This document shows positions 24,685 through 34,247 of a stretch of DNA of 49,962 nt, piece by piece. The notes beneath the pieces are model-generated. The model was given only the letters and a program-made list of their open reading frames with translations, was not told the DNA's origin and searched no databases. Positions within the stretch are counted from its first letter, which is position 1. Each line of letters begins with the position of its first letter. A program made the position numbers and the translations under genes. This DNA comes from an uncultured Candidatus Saccharibacteria bacterium (GTDB lineage: Bacteria; Patescibacteriota; Saccharimonadia; Saccharimonadales; CAIOMD01): assembly GCA_964587465.1 (NCBI GenBank), contig CAZPLH010000001.1, forward strand, positions 1 through 49,962, given 5' to 3'.

Positions 24685-24747
24685 TTAACACAACAGACAA
24701 ACAAACAAATGCGAATTATACTAAATACAAATAGAGGGGAAATCTAA

Positions 24748-26268
24748 ATGGGGCAGGCGTTATATCGCACGTATCGTTCAAAGACGCTCGACGAAGTCGT
24801 GGGTCAAGAACCTGTTACTACTGCGCTAAAGAATGCCCTAAACAGTGGTAAATTAAGCCACGCTTACCTATTTACCGGGCCGCGTGGCGTCGGTAAAACC
24901 AGCATTGCTCGTATATTGGCGTTTGAAATCAATAAAATTCCGTACGATACCGACGCATTGCCACTCGACATTATAGAAATAGACGCCGCCAGTAATCGCC
25001 GTATTGATGAAATCCGTGACTTGCGCGATAAAGTACGCATTGCGCCCGTTAGCGCGCCGTACAAGGTGTACATAATCGACGAAGTGCACATGCTTACCCG
25101 CGAAGCATTCAACGCGCTACTTAAAACGCTCGAAGAACCACCAGCACACGTTATTTTTATTTTGGCTACCACCGAAGCGCACAAATTACCCGAAACAATT
25201 GTTTCGCGTACCCAGCGCTACAATTTTAAACTTATAGATGCTAAAGAAGTCGCAGCGCACCTAAAGACCATAGCTGCAAAAGAAAAAATTGATATTACCG
25301 ATGACGCGCTTGAGCTTATTGCTCGCCACAGCGGCGGCAGCCTACGTGACGCGCTTAGTTTGCTCGACCAAATCAGGCACACTGCAGGTAAAATTGATGC
25401 CAAAGAAGTGCAAATGGCCATTGGCCTACCCACAACCGACTACATAACCAACTTATTGCAGGTACTTGCTGACGGCAGTGCAAAAGATGTTATAGACCAG
25501 TGCAAAGAAGCTGCAGACAACGGCATTTCGTCAGTTCTTTTGGCGCAGTCACTCAGCGATGAGCTTCGTAGCCAACTTTCCGACCCAAAACCAACCCTAG
25601 ACCTAGAAACAAGCCTGACGCTCCTGCAAGAGCTTTTGGCCGTAGAATCAAGCACCAGCCCCGACACCGCGCTACAGGTAGCGCTTTTGGGTGTTACGCT
25701 AGCACATAAAACACCGGCTCCGGTCGCTAAAAGTCAAAGCATTACCGAAACCGGCCCACCACTGACACTTAGTAAGCCCGTAGCGGCAGCAAAGCGTGAC
25801 ATTGCTGAGCATGAGGCAAAAATAGCTAAAGAAAAGAAAAAGGCACATGCGGAAGCAATTGCGCCGCCAAAGGTAGATCCGGTGGCGCCCGTACCGCTTG
25901 ACGAAGCTATGTGGAGCCAAACACTCGAAAGCCTAAAAGGCACCCACAACACGCTTTACAGCGTTGTGCGCATGGCAAACGCCGACTTGTCTAAGGCTAC
26001 TGACGGCGTACTATGCCTTAACTTTAAGTTTCCATTCCACCAAAAACGCATAAACGAAGCGCGTAACAAGCAAGTTATTTTAGATAAATTAGATTCACTA
26101 GGTGTAGCGGGTGTAGAAATTTTGTGCCAGCTACAAAAAGCAGTTAAGCCAGAACCTATGCAAGAAGTTGCACTAGAGCCAGTTACCGCTGCAGATATGC
26201 CGCCAAAAGATGAAGCATGGCTTGACCAAATAAAAACAGTCTTTGGCGGAGCCGAAGTACTAGAGTAA
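24748..26268 (+). CDS. dnaX: DNA polymerase III subunit gamma/tau
   Basis: 'HAYLFTGPRGVGKTS', 'IIDEVHMLT' and 'SRTQRYNF' clamp-loader motifs. Confidence 0.92.
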   Translation: MGQALYRTYRSKTLDEVVGQEPVTTALKNALNSGKLSHAYLFTGPRGVGKTSIARILAFEINKIPYDTDALPLDIIEIDAASNRRIDEIRDLRDKVRIAPVSAPYKVYIIDEVHMLTREAFNALLKTLEEPPAHVIFILATTEAHKLPETIVSRTQRYNFKLIDAKEVAAHLKTIAAKEKIDITDDALELIARHSGGSLRDALSLLDQIRHTAGKIDAKEVQMAIGLPTTDYITNLLQVLADGSAKDVIDQCKEAADNGISSVLLAQSLSDELRSQLSDPKPTLDLETSLTLLQELLAVESSTSPDTALQVALLGVTLAHKTPAPVAKSQSITETGPPLTLSKPVAAAKRDIAEHEAKIAKEKKKAHAEAIAPPKVDPVAPVPLDEAMWSQTLESLKGTHNTLYSVVRMANADLSKATDGVLCLNFKFPFHQKRINEARNKQVILDKLDSLGVAGVEILCQLQKAVKPEPMQEVALEPVTAADMPPKDEAWLDQIKTVFGGAEVLE

Positions 26269-26317
26269 ACCGCTCATGGTAGGCTTTAATTTGGTAATAC
26301 TATAAAATAAGGGCACT

Positions 26318-27685
26318 ATGGCGGATAAGATAGGGACGGTACCACCACAAAACCTCGAGGCGGAAGCATCGCTTTTGGGCGCTATTCTTATTGATGCAGA
26401 CGCTATTGTCCGTATTGCCGACACCGTAAATGCCGAAGACTTCTACGACGAGCGCCACAGCCACATTTACCAGGCAATTAAAAAGCTGTACGAAAAGCAC
26501 AGCCCCATAGATGTTTTGACACTTTCTAACCGCCTTAAAGAAGACGGTTTACTAGACACCGTTGGTGGTTCGGCGTACCTTACCGACCTTACAAACTATG
26601 TACCAACGGCAGCACACGTCGAGCACTACGCCGAAATTGTGTCGCAAAAAGCAATTCGCCGGCGCTTAATTAAGGCCAGCCAAGACATGATTGGCCTCGG
26701 GTACGATGAAACGCAGGGTGTTCAAGACCTTATTGAACAAGCCGAAACCGAGCTATTTAAGGTGAGCCAACAGCACGTAAAACAAGACATTTCATCAATT
26801 GAAGAAATCTTGGCAGAAAGCTTCGACCGTTTAGACGAACTACACAAAGATAAAGGTAAAATTCGTGGTGTACCGACCGGCCTGCGCGACCTAGACAACA
26901 TTCTGGCCGGCCTACAACGCAGCGACCTTATAATCTTGGCTGCACGCCCAAGTATGGGTAAGACAGCGCTTACTTTAAATCTTGCGCACAACATTGCAAC
27001 CAAATCAGAACAGCCAGTACTGCTGTTTAGTCTGGAAATGAGCAAAGAACAGCTTGTCGACCGTATGCTTTCTATGGAATCGGGCGTAGATGCCTGGAAC
27101 ATTCGTACGGGCAACCTGAGTGATGCCGACTTCGAGAAAATCGGGCAAGCAATGGGTACGCTGAGCGAAGCGCCAATTTACATTGACGATACCCCAGGAA
27201 TAACCGTAAGTGACCTGCGTACTAAAGCCCGTCGTGAACAGCACCAAAGGCAATTGGGTGCCATTATGGTGGACTACCTGCAGCTTATGAGTGGTGGCGC
27301 CCGTTTCGGTGGCGACGGCAACCGCGTGCAAGAAATTAGTGAAATCAGTCGTGGGCTAAAGTCTATTGCTCGTGAACTGAACGTGCCAGTTGTTGCGCTA
27401 AGTCAGCTAAGCCGTTCGGTTGAATCACGTAGCCCACAAATTCCGCAGCTTTCTGACCTTCGTGAATCGGGTTCAATCGAGCAAGACGCCGACGTCGTGG
27501 CCTTTATTTACCGTGAAGATTATTACAACCCCGAAACCGAGCGTAAAAACATCACTGACATATTCATTAAGAAGCACCGTAATGGGCCAGTTGGCCAGGT
27601 AGAACTGTACTTCGACAAAGACCGTCAGCGCTTTAGAAGCCTCGACAAGCGCCAGTCTAACAACACACAACCATTTGAAAACTAG
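26318..27685 (+). CDS. dnaB: Replicative DNA helicase DnaB
   Basis: 'PPQNLEAEASLLGAIL' N-terminus, Walker A 'ARPSMGKTAL' and 'LSQLSR...DLRESGSIEQDADVV'. No intein. Confidence 0.95.
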   Translation: MADKIGTVPPQNLEAEASLLGAILIDADAIVRIADTVNAEDFYDERHSHIYQAIKKLYEKHSPIDVLTLSNRLKEDGLLDTVGGSAYLTDLTNYVPTAAHVEHYAEIVSQKAIRRRLIKASQDMIGLGYDETQGVQDLIEQAETELFKVSQQHVKQDISSIEEILAESFDRLDELHKDKGKIRGVPTGLRDLDNILAGLQRSDLIILAARPSMGKTALTLNLAHNIATKSEQPVLLFSLEMSKEQLVDRMLSMESGVDAWNIRTGNLSDADFEKIGQAMGTLSEAPIYIDDTPGITVSDLRTKARREQHQRQLGAIMVDYLQLMSGGARFGGDGNRVQEISEISRGLKSIARELNVPVVALSQLSRSVESRSPQIPQLSDLRESGSIEQDADVVAFIYREDYYNPETERKNITDIFIKKHRNGPVGQVELYFDKDRQRFRSLDKRQSNNTQPFEN

Positions 27686-27730
27686 CGATGTTAAAGTTCT
27701 TACGTCTAGTGGTATACTATTCGTAATTAC

Positions 27731-28948
27731 ATGAAAAAATTCTTTAGTGTTAGCGTTGACTGGCTGCAGTCACATTGGCGTGGGCTGGTAAGTTCGTTAA
27801 TCATTGCTACATTGGCAGTGCTTACTTTAAGCCTGCAGCTAACTACACTCGTACCAGGGCAAAATAAGTTCGAAACAATCGCACTTGGTGTTATTCAAAA
27901 GACGCCGTGGCCGTGGCAGTCGCCCGAAAGCGCCCCTTATAACGTGCCGGTTTACATAATTGGCAAAGTTACCGGTGATTTTTTACAAGCCGGCCGTATT
28001 GTCAGCGTTATGTATGCTCTCTTTGCAACAGCGTGTTTGTTTTATGTGCTAAAAAAGTGGTTTAACATTCGCATGGCTACGGTTGGTAGCTTGTTATTTG
28101 TTACGAGTAGCTGGTTATTGCACCTTGCGCATGTTGCCACGCCACTGATTCTTATGGTGTTCGCGCCGTTGGCATGCCTAGCTGCGTTTACCTGGCTTAT
28201 TCGTACTAAGCGCTATAAAATTTTTGCCATTTTAACGTTTGTTGGCGCACTTGGCTTTGCCGCGTACGTGCCATACATGACGTGGGTGCTACTTGTTACG
28301 GTAGCGGTGCTGTATTTCCAATCTAAAGACAAAATCAAATCTATTGAGTCGTGGCAATGGATTGCTGGCGGTGCTTTGTATTTTGCGCTTGTTTTGCCGC
28401 TACTCGTTGGGCTGGTGAAAGACCCGTCGTCTATTAGGGTTTTGCTTGGCATACCAGCTAACCTGCCAAGTTTTAACGAATACCTTAATAACTTGCTAAA
28501 CCTCATTTTGACACCATTCTTCCGTTCGCCACTTATGCCCGAACTACACCTAGGACGATTGCCGCTGCTCGATATATTTAGCACGACAATGTTTTTACTT
28601 GGCGTGTATTACTATGTGATGCGCCCGGGAAACCGCCGCAGCATTATTTTGTTTGCAAGCTTTGGGCTATTGCTCATTATTTTGCCGCTCACGCCGTTAT
28701 ATTTACTTGGCGCAAGTATTTTGTTACCGCTTATTTATATTTTTATTGTCAGCGGCATAGTAGAGCTACTTAACCAGTGGTTTAGCTATTTCCCGCGTAA
28801 TCCACTGGCGCGAAGCATTGGCGTCGGCGTGGTTGTGATTGCCATTGGGTTTACGAGTTTTTATCACCTACAGCGTTATTTTATTGCATGGCCAAACACT
28901 CCCGATACAAAGACGGTTTACGTGGTACAATTAACAGATAAGAAATAG
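27731..28948 (+). CDS. Polytopic membrane protein, possibly a GT-C type (ArnT/PMT-like) glycosyltransferase
   Basis: 405 aa with about 10-11 TM helices. The functional assignment rests on overall shape only. Confidence 0.4.
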   Translation: MKKFFSVSVDWLQSHWRGLVSSLIIATLAVLTLSLQLTTLVPGQNKFETIALGVIQKTPWPWQSPESAPYNVPVYIIGKVTGDFLQAGRIVSVMYALFATACLFYVLKKWFNIRMATVGSLLFVTSSWLLHLAHVATPLILMVFAPLACLAAFTWLIRTKRYKIFAILTFVGALGFAAYVPYMTWVLLVTVAVLYFQSKDKIKSIESWQWIAGGALYFALVLPLLVGLVKDPSSIRVLLGIPANLPSFNEYLNNLLNLILTPFFRSPLMPELHLGRLPLLDIFSTTMFLLGVYYYVMRPGNRRSIILFASFGLLLIILPLTPLYLLGASILLPLIYIFIVSGIVELLNQWFSYFPRNPLARSIGVGVVVIAIGFTSFYHLQRYFIAWPNTPDTKTVYVVQLTDKK

Positions 28949-28956
28949 GAGTTGTT

Positions 28957-29250
28957 ATGAGTAAGTTTGATCAGGCTAAAATGCTGATGCAAGTTCGCAA
29001 GGTGCAAAAAGAACTTCAGAAGCAAATCATAGAAGTAGAAGCCGGCGAAGGTGCGGTAGTTGTTGAAATTACCGGTGAACAAAAGATTAAGAAAATTCAC
29101 ATCGACCCAGAATACGTAGACCTCGATGACATTGGTCAGCTTGAGCGCTGGATTGAAGACGCCGTTAAAGATGCGATTGCACAAAGCCAAAAGATTGCTG
29201 CCGAAAAAATGCAACCAATGCTTGGCAACTTAGGCAACCTAGGGCTGTAA
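28957..29250 (+). CDS. ybaB: YbaB/EbfC family nucleoid-associated protein
   Basis: 97 aa. 'MLMQVRKVQKELQKQ...VEAGEGAVVVEITGEQKIKKIHIDPE' is the YbaB pattern. Position immediately upstream of recR. Confidence 0.85.
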   Translation: MSKFDQAKMLMQVRKVQKELQKQIIEVEAGEGAVVVEITGEQKIKKIHIDPEYVDLDDIGQLERWIEDAVKDAIAQSQKIAAEKMQPMLGNLGNLGL

Positions 29251-29263
29251 GGACAACAACCTA

Positions 29264-29872
29264 GTGTCTATACTGCCAAAAGCGCTCGAAGCCGCTATAG
29301 AGGCATTTGGGAGCTTACCCGGAGTTGGGCCACGTACCGCAGAACGGTACGCCTACTTTGTGTTGCGCCACGACCCAAGCACAGCCCGCCGTTTAAGCGA
29401 TAGCTTGCTGACCCTGCACGAGGGCATCAAGTTCTGCCCAAAGACATTTGCACTTATTGATGCTACGCAAGATGTTTCGCCACTCTATAGTGACGAAAGC
29501 CGCGACAAGCAACTTGTTGCTGTTGTGGCAGAGCCATTCGACATTGTGGCACTAGAAAAAACGGGCAGTTATAAAGGCACGTACCACGTGCTTGGAGGGC
29601 TTATTTCGCCCATAGATGGCATTGGGCCCGAAGATTTACGTGTTCGCGAACTACTGCAGCGCATCTCTGATGACAATGTAACCGAAATTATTCTGGCAAC
29701 GAGTGCTGGCGTAGAGGGCGAATCAACCGCACTCTACTTGCAGCAACAACTGCAAGCCACGGACGTCACACTTACACGTTTGGCGCGTGGCCTACCAATT
29801 GGCGTTGACCTTGAATACGCTGACCAAATAACCCTTACACGGGCGCTCGAAGGAAGAACGGGGGTTGTATGA
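29264..29872 (+). CDS. recR: Recombination protein RecR (zinc-finger cysteines largely missing)
   Basis: 'FGSLPGVGPRTAERYAYF' HhH motif and a Toprim domain ('VTEIILATSAGVEGESTALY'). GTG start. Confidence 0.85.
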   Translation: MSILPKALEAAIEAFGSLPGVGPRTAERYAYFVLRHDPSTARRLSDSLLTLHEGIKFCPKTFALIDATQDVSPLYSDESRDKQLVAVVAEPFDIVALEKTGSYKGTYHVLGGLISPIDGIGPEDLRVRELLQRISDDNVTEIILATSAGVEGESTALYLQQQLQATDVTLTRLARGLPIGVDLEYADQITLTRALEGRTGVV

Positions 29873-30864
29873 TACCAAAGCTCGATGAACTAAAAACATT
29901 GGTGGATGGCGCTCAGCGCATACTGATTATTCAGGCAGACAACCCTGACGGCGACAGCCTTGGCAGTGCGCTCGCGCTCGAAAGCATTTTGGGCGATTTG
30001 GGCAAAGACGTCTGGCTATATTGTGGGGTCGATATCCCCGGCTATTTGCGCTACCTAGAAGGCTGGGATAGAGTTATGCAAAGTGTGCCGAGCCAGTTCG
30101 ACATTTCAATTATTGTCGACACCTCTGCCAATAACCTACTTGAAAAACTTAATGCCAGCCAAGAGCGTAATTGGGTAGCTGCAAAGCCAGTGGTGGTACT
30201 CGACCACCATAAGGGTGTTGAGTGCGATATACCGTACGCAACGCTCGTAGTAAATGCCTCTGAATTTGTGTCGACCGGCGAGCTCATTTTGCAGCTAAGT
30301 AAAGAAGCTGGCTGGCCGGTAAGCGTAGCCGCTGGCGAAAATTTACTGCAGTCAATTTTGTCTGACACCCTTGGCCTGAGTAGCGACGCACCTAAAGGCG
30401 ATACCTACCGTCGTATTGCCGAACTACTCGACAGTGGAGTAAGCCGCTCTAAGCTTGAAAACGCACGTCGTGAGCTTTCTAAAATGCACCCCAAAGTGTT
30501 CGCATACAAAGCCGAACTGATTAAGCGAACCGAATTTTATAACGACGGCCGTACGGCAATTGTGGTAATACCCGAAGACGAGCTATATGACATTAGCCCA
30601 TTGTATAACCCTGGGGCGTTGTTCTTAGCAGAAGTAGGCATGGTTGAAGGTGTCGATGTTGGCATATCGTTTAAGGTATACAAAAATCGCGTCACCGGCG
30701 CCATTAAGTGTAGCGATAACGCGCTTATTGCCGGTCAGCTTGCCGAAACATTTGGCGGCGGCGGGCACCCTTTTGCCGCAGGTTTTAAGATTGAAGGCAG
30801 CGACATCAACTTCCAACAAATCAAAAATGATGTACTTGCCAAAGTAACGGAGCTTTTAGGCTAA
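29869..30864 (+). CDS. nrnA: DHH/DHHA1 phosphoesterase (NrnA-like nanoRNase/pAp phosphatase)
   Basis: 'QADNPDGDSLGSALAL', 'LDHH' and 'GGGHPFAAG' motifs. ATGA overlap with recR. Confidence 0.8.
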   Translation: MIPKLDELKTLVDGAQRILIIQADNPDGDSLGSALALESILGDLGKDVWLYCGVDIPGYLRYLEGWDRVMQSVPSQFDISIIVDTSANNLLEKLNASQERNWVAAKPVVVLDHHKGVECDIPYATLVVNASEFVSTGELILQLSKEAGWPVSVAAGENLLQSILSDTLGLSSDAPKGDTYRRIAELLDSGVSRSKLENARRELSKMHPKVFAYKAELIKRTEFYNDGRTAIVVIPEDELYDISPLYNPGALFLAEVGMVEGVDVGISFKVYKNRVTGAIKCSDNALIAGQLAETFGGGGHPFAAGFKIEGSDINFQQIKNDVLAKVTELLG

Positions 30865-30873
30865 AATTATTGT

Positions 30874-32277
30874 ATGAAGTTTTATAACACCAAAACCCGA
30901 CAAATAGACGAATTCACCCCAATTGCCGAAAAAAAGGTAACGCTGTACACCTGTGGCCCTACGGTTTACAACTATTTGCACGTTGGTAACTGGGTTGCAT
31001 ACATTCGCTGGGACATTTTAGTGCGCACCCTTATTGCGAGCGGTTACGATGTTTCGCGTGTTATGAACATTACCGACGTTGGGCACTTAGTAAGCGACGC
31101 CGATGACGGCGAAGACAAAATGGAAAAAGGCGCCAAGCGCGAAGGTAAAACTGCTTGGGAAGTCGCCCAAATGTATACCGAAGATTTCTTAAGCGGCATG
31201 CACAAGCTTAATTTGATTGAGCCTACCTTTATTACTAAAGCAACCGACTACATCCCGCAGCAAATTGCGCTTGTAAAAACACTCGAAGACAAGGGTTTTA
31301 CGTACGAAATTGATGACGGAGTGTATTTCGATACCAGTAAGTTTCCAACCTACGCCGACTTTGCACACCTAGACCTCGCTGATCAAGAGGCAGGCGCCCG
31401 CGTTGAATTTAACCCCCAAAAACGTAATGGCAGTGATTTTGCCCTATGGAAATTTAGCCCTAAAGGCGAAAAACGCGACATGGAATGGGAAAGTCCGTGG
31501 GGCGTTGGATTCCCTGGCTGGCACCTAGAATGTAGTGCCATGGCCATGGACAAGCTGGGCGAAACTATAGACATCCACACGGGTGGCATTGATCACATTC
31601 CGGTGCACCACACCAACGAAATCGCCCAAAGTGAAGCAGCGACTGGAAAAACATTTAGCAACTATTGGCTCCACAACAACTTTTTACTGGTTGATGGCAC
31701 TAAGGTAAGTAAAAGTATTGGCAACACCTTCACGCTTCAAGACTTGGCCGAAAAGGGCTTTGCACCCGAAGATTTTCGCATGTTTGTACTGCAAAGCCAC
31801 TATCGTACCGAAAGCAACTTTACATTCGATAACTTGCAGTCTGCAAAAAACCGGCTACAGGGGCTTAGAAACGTGGCGGAACTGCAGTATCAAGCAACCG
31901 AATCGGCACCACGCGTAGACTTTGCATCGGAAAAAGAACTTGTGCTAAAAGCGCTGCAAAACGACTTTGATACGCCAAAAGCACTCGTACACATGAGCAT
32001 GCTTGCAAGCACGGTAAACGACAACCTTATTAATACCGCTGATGTTACAGCTTTTGCAGACTATATTCGCTTTATTGACGATGTGCTTGGCTTAAGCCTC
32101 GGTAGCGTCACAGACATTACTGCTGCCCAAAAAGAGCTGCTACAGGCCCGTACAGCGGCCAGGGAAGCAAAAGACTGGGCTGAATCAGACAAAAAACGCG
32201 ACAAGCTAAAAAGCCAAGGTATTGAAGTTCGTGACGCAAGTACTGGCCAAATCTGGTCACGAATAAGCGCAAATTAG
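30874..32277 (+). CDS. cysS: Cysteine--tRNA ligase
   Basis: 'CGPTVYNYLHVGN' (HIGH-type) and 'KVSKSIGN' (KMSKS) class I motifs. 467 aa. Confidence 0.95.
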   Translation: MKFYNTKTRQIDEFTPIAEKKVTLYTCGPTVYNYLHVGNWVAYIRWDILVRTLIASGYDVSRVMNITDVGHLVSDADDGEDKMEKGAKREGKTAWEVAQMYTEDFLSGMHKLNLIEPTFITKATDYIPQQIALVKTLEDKGFTYEIDDGVYFDTSKFPTYADFAHLDLADQEAGARVEFNPQKRNGSDFALWKFSPKGEKRDMEWESPWGVGFPGWHLECSAMAMDKLGETIDIHTGGIDHIPVHHTNEIAQSEAATGKTFSNYWLHNNFLLVDGTKVSKSIGNTFTLQDLAEKGFAPEDFRMFVLQSHYRTESNFTFDNLQSAKNRLQGLRNVAELQYQATESAPRVDFASEKELVLKALQNDFDTPKALVHMSMLASTVNDNLINTADVTAFADYIRFIDDVLGLSLGSVTDITAAQKELLQARTAAREAKDWAESDKKRDKLKSQGIEVRDASTGQIWSRISAN

Positions 32278-32282
32278 GCAGA

Positions 32283-32420
32283 TTAGCTAGACGCTTCTTT
32301 TTCGGACTCGGTTAAAACTAGTTTTGCTAGTTCACTAGCTACTGCATAAGTTGGCTCTGCAGCTTCTAGCAACTTCATGGTGTGCTCATCTGCTCTTGCA
32401 ATCTCTCTATTTTTTGCCAT
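32283..32420 (-). CDS. Small hypothetical protein (45 aa)
   Basis: Within track ORF 32283..32549. The Met at 32420 is preceded by AGGAG with 5-nt spacing. Sequence MAKNREIARADEHTMKLLEAAEPTYAVASELAKLVLTESEKEASS. Confidence 0.45.
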   Translation of the reverse strand: MAKNREIARADEHTMKLLEAAEPTYAVASELAKLVLTESEKEASS

Positions 32421-32511
32421 TGCTACTCCTAGGAACAATTTTACATCAAATTGTTTATATATAGTGCGGTAGAATAGTTTTTGACTGTCAAAAATAAACA
32501 TGGAGCATTCT

Positions 32512-33585
32512 ATGGATTCTACCGAAGCAACCGACAACCAACCCACCATGAAAGAAGCGCTTGCAGCAGCCGAAGCGCCGCTTACGATTGCTAACGAAAA
32601 AACTAAAGTCGCTACAGTTGACGGCTATAACGAAACAGATATTTTTGCGTGGGCCAATAACCTCGTGCAGTACGTAGACGAGCTCAAAATTGACCTCTAC
32701 TTCTTTAATAAGAATTACACCGTGTACCGCACTAAGTTAACGGGCGACGTTGCGCGTCAATTGCGGCCGTTATTTTTAGATGACGTGATTGAGTACATTT
32801 TAGGCGGCATAGAAACTGGCCTTATTGTGCGTGACTTCGAAGCTGCCGAAAAAGAGGACGGCGTGCTGCAAAAAACCCGCACCGGAAATGTAGAAAAGCT
32901 GACGACTGTACTTAACTGGATTCGTAACGAGCAACACAACATAGAAACGTTCGACGACGCCGAACACGACCTAAAGCGCATAAAAGGGGTCGCTGCCCAC
33001 TGTAGCCACCCAGACATGCCCAAAAGCTTCACGTTATTTAAAAATCTGCCGACGAGCCAAATTATGAAAGGGCCAACAGCCTGGACGCTTAAAGACGGCG
33101 TATTTAAACCGTTCGACACCATGACTGCCCTTAAAATACCTGCAGAAAACCAATTACTTGTGGTAGATCAAGACTTATTTGTGTTTAACCAGACAAAGCT
33201 CAAGCAGCTTTTCGGTTACGACGCCAAAGCTTCGTACATTGCTGCAAAAAAAGTAGAAGAAATTGAAGCAAACTTTAGGCTTAACTTTGCAGACGGTTTT
33301 GGGTTGCAATCACTGGTTAAAGGCAGCCCAGCGACCATTAAAAAACTGCAAAAGATTGAACCAAGTCTGGTTAAGCAAGAAGACCTAGTAAGTCACGCCG
33401 AAGATATGGGCGTAGAACTTATGGTAGATGAATCAGGAGCCATAATTATTATGGACGACAAAGACTTAAAGCGGTTTGTCAACCTGTTAAACGACGATTA
33501 CGTTGAATCAAACATGACTGGCCAACGCTACGAAATCTTAACTAAACGCGTGCTTAAACCGACCGATTCTGACAGCCAGTTATAA
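32512..33585 (+). CDS. Hypothetical protein with a KwaB/DUF4868-like sequence pattern
   Basis: GGAG lies 6 nt before ATG 32512. 'LLVVDQDLFVFNQTKLKQLFGY' and C-terminal 'FVNLLNDDYVESNMTGQRYEILTKRVL' resemble the DUF4868 pattern as I recall it. Unverified. Confidence 0.4.
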   Translation: MDSTEATDNQPTMKEALAAAEAPLTIANEKTKVATVDGYNETDIFAWANNLVQYVDELKIDLYFFNKNYTVYRTKLTGDVARQLRPLFLDDVIEYILGGIETGLIVRDFEAAEKEDGVLQKTRTGNVEKLTTVLNWIRNEQHNIETFDDAEHDLKRIKGVAAHCSHPDMPKSFTLFKNLPTSQIMKGPTAWTLKDGVFKPFDTMTALKIPAENQLLVVDQDLFVFNQTKLKQLFGYDAKASYIAAKKVEEIEANFRLNFADGFGLQSLVKGSPATIKKLQKIEPSLVKQEDLVSHAEDMGVELMVDESGAIIIMDDKDLKRFVNLLNDDYVESNMTGQRYEILTKRVLKPTDSDSQL

Positions 33586-33879
33586 ACAGTTTGCGCGCTA
33601 AATAATACAACGATTATCCTCTGGCATAAGCATAAGCGTCGGTCTACAATTAGACCCAGCTATGTAAGTACTTTCGCTTTGCGGATTTTCACTCACAGGC
33701 TGTACATTTCACTGTAAAACATACACACCACCAGTAATGGCAGGCGTCCCTGTATTTACACATATTCAATTATTGCTACCAAGCGAGGCTATTAACACGA
33801 ACGGTCAGCCCCGTAGTTGCAGCAGTAACCAAAAACTCCAATCCCGTTCGGCTTAACTAAACAATAAGCGGAGAAGAAT

Positions 33880-34149
33880 ATGACACAACCAAAAGTTGTA
33901 AACGAGCAAGTCGACGTAACGGCTTTGTACTTTCGAAAATCAAAAAACGGCCTTAAAAGCTTTCCAAAGCGTATTGAATACGAAGGGGAAGCGCTCACCT
34001 TTATGGAGAGTGGCCTACAAATAATGGTCAACAAAGGTCAAGAGCTCATTGAGCTATTTACCATGACAGACGGTAGAAGCGATTATCGCTTGCGCCACAA
34101 TGTCACGGCAAAAGAGTGGACACTCATGACCATCAGTCAAAACGCCTGA
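33880..34149 (+). CDS. Hypothetical small protein (89 aa)
   Basis: GGAGAAG Shine-Dalgarno 4 nt before the ATG. No recognisable motif. Confidence 0.5.
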   Translation: MTQPKVVNEQVDVTALYFRKSKNGLKSFPKRIEYEGEALTFMESGLQIMVNKGQELIELFTMTDGRSDYRLRHNVTAKEWTLMTISQNA

Positions 34150-34187
34150 AGCACTACGCCTCGGGCGTTTTGCTTTATAAAAGACAT

Positions 34188-34231
34188 GAAGATACCCCAG
34201 CCGCCACAAGTGAAGCGGGAGGGGTATCTTC
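34188..34231 (-). repeat. Perfect 11-bp inverted repeat (hairpin) downstream of the high-GC membrane gene
   Basis: GAAGATACCCC - 22 nt - GGGGTATCTTC. No clear U tract. Confidence 0.6.
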
Positions 34232-34247
34232 ACTAGGGCCGCTGGGG

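Noticed and set aside
33800-33860. A-rich 'AACCAAAAACUCC' segment as a preQ1-I-like riboswitch
   Set aside because: No complementary P1 stem of the required form is present, and the downstream gene has no link to queuosine. The resemblance is superficial.
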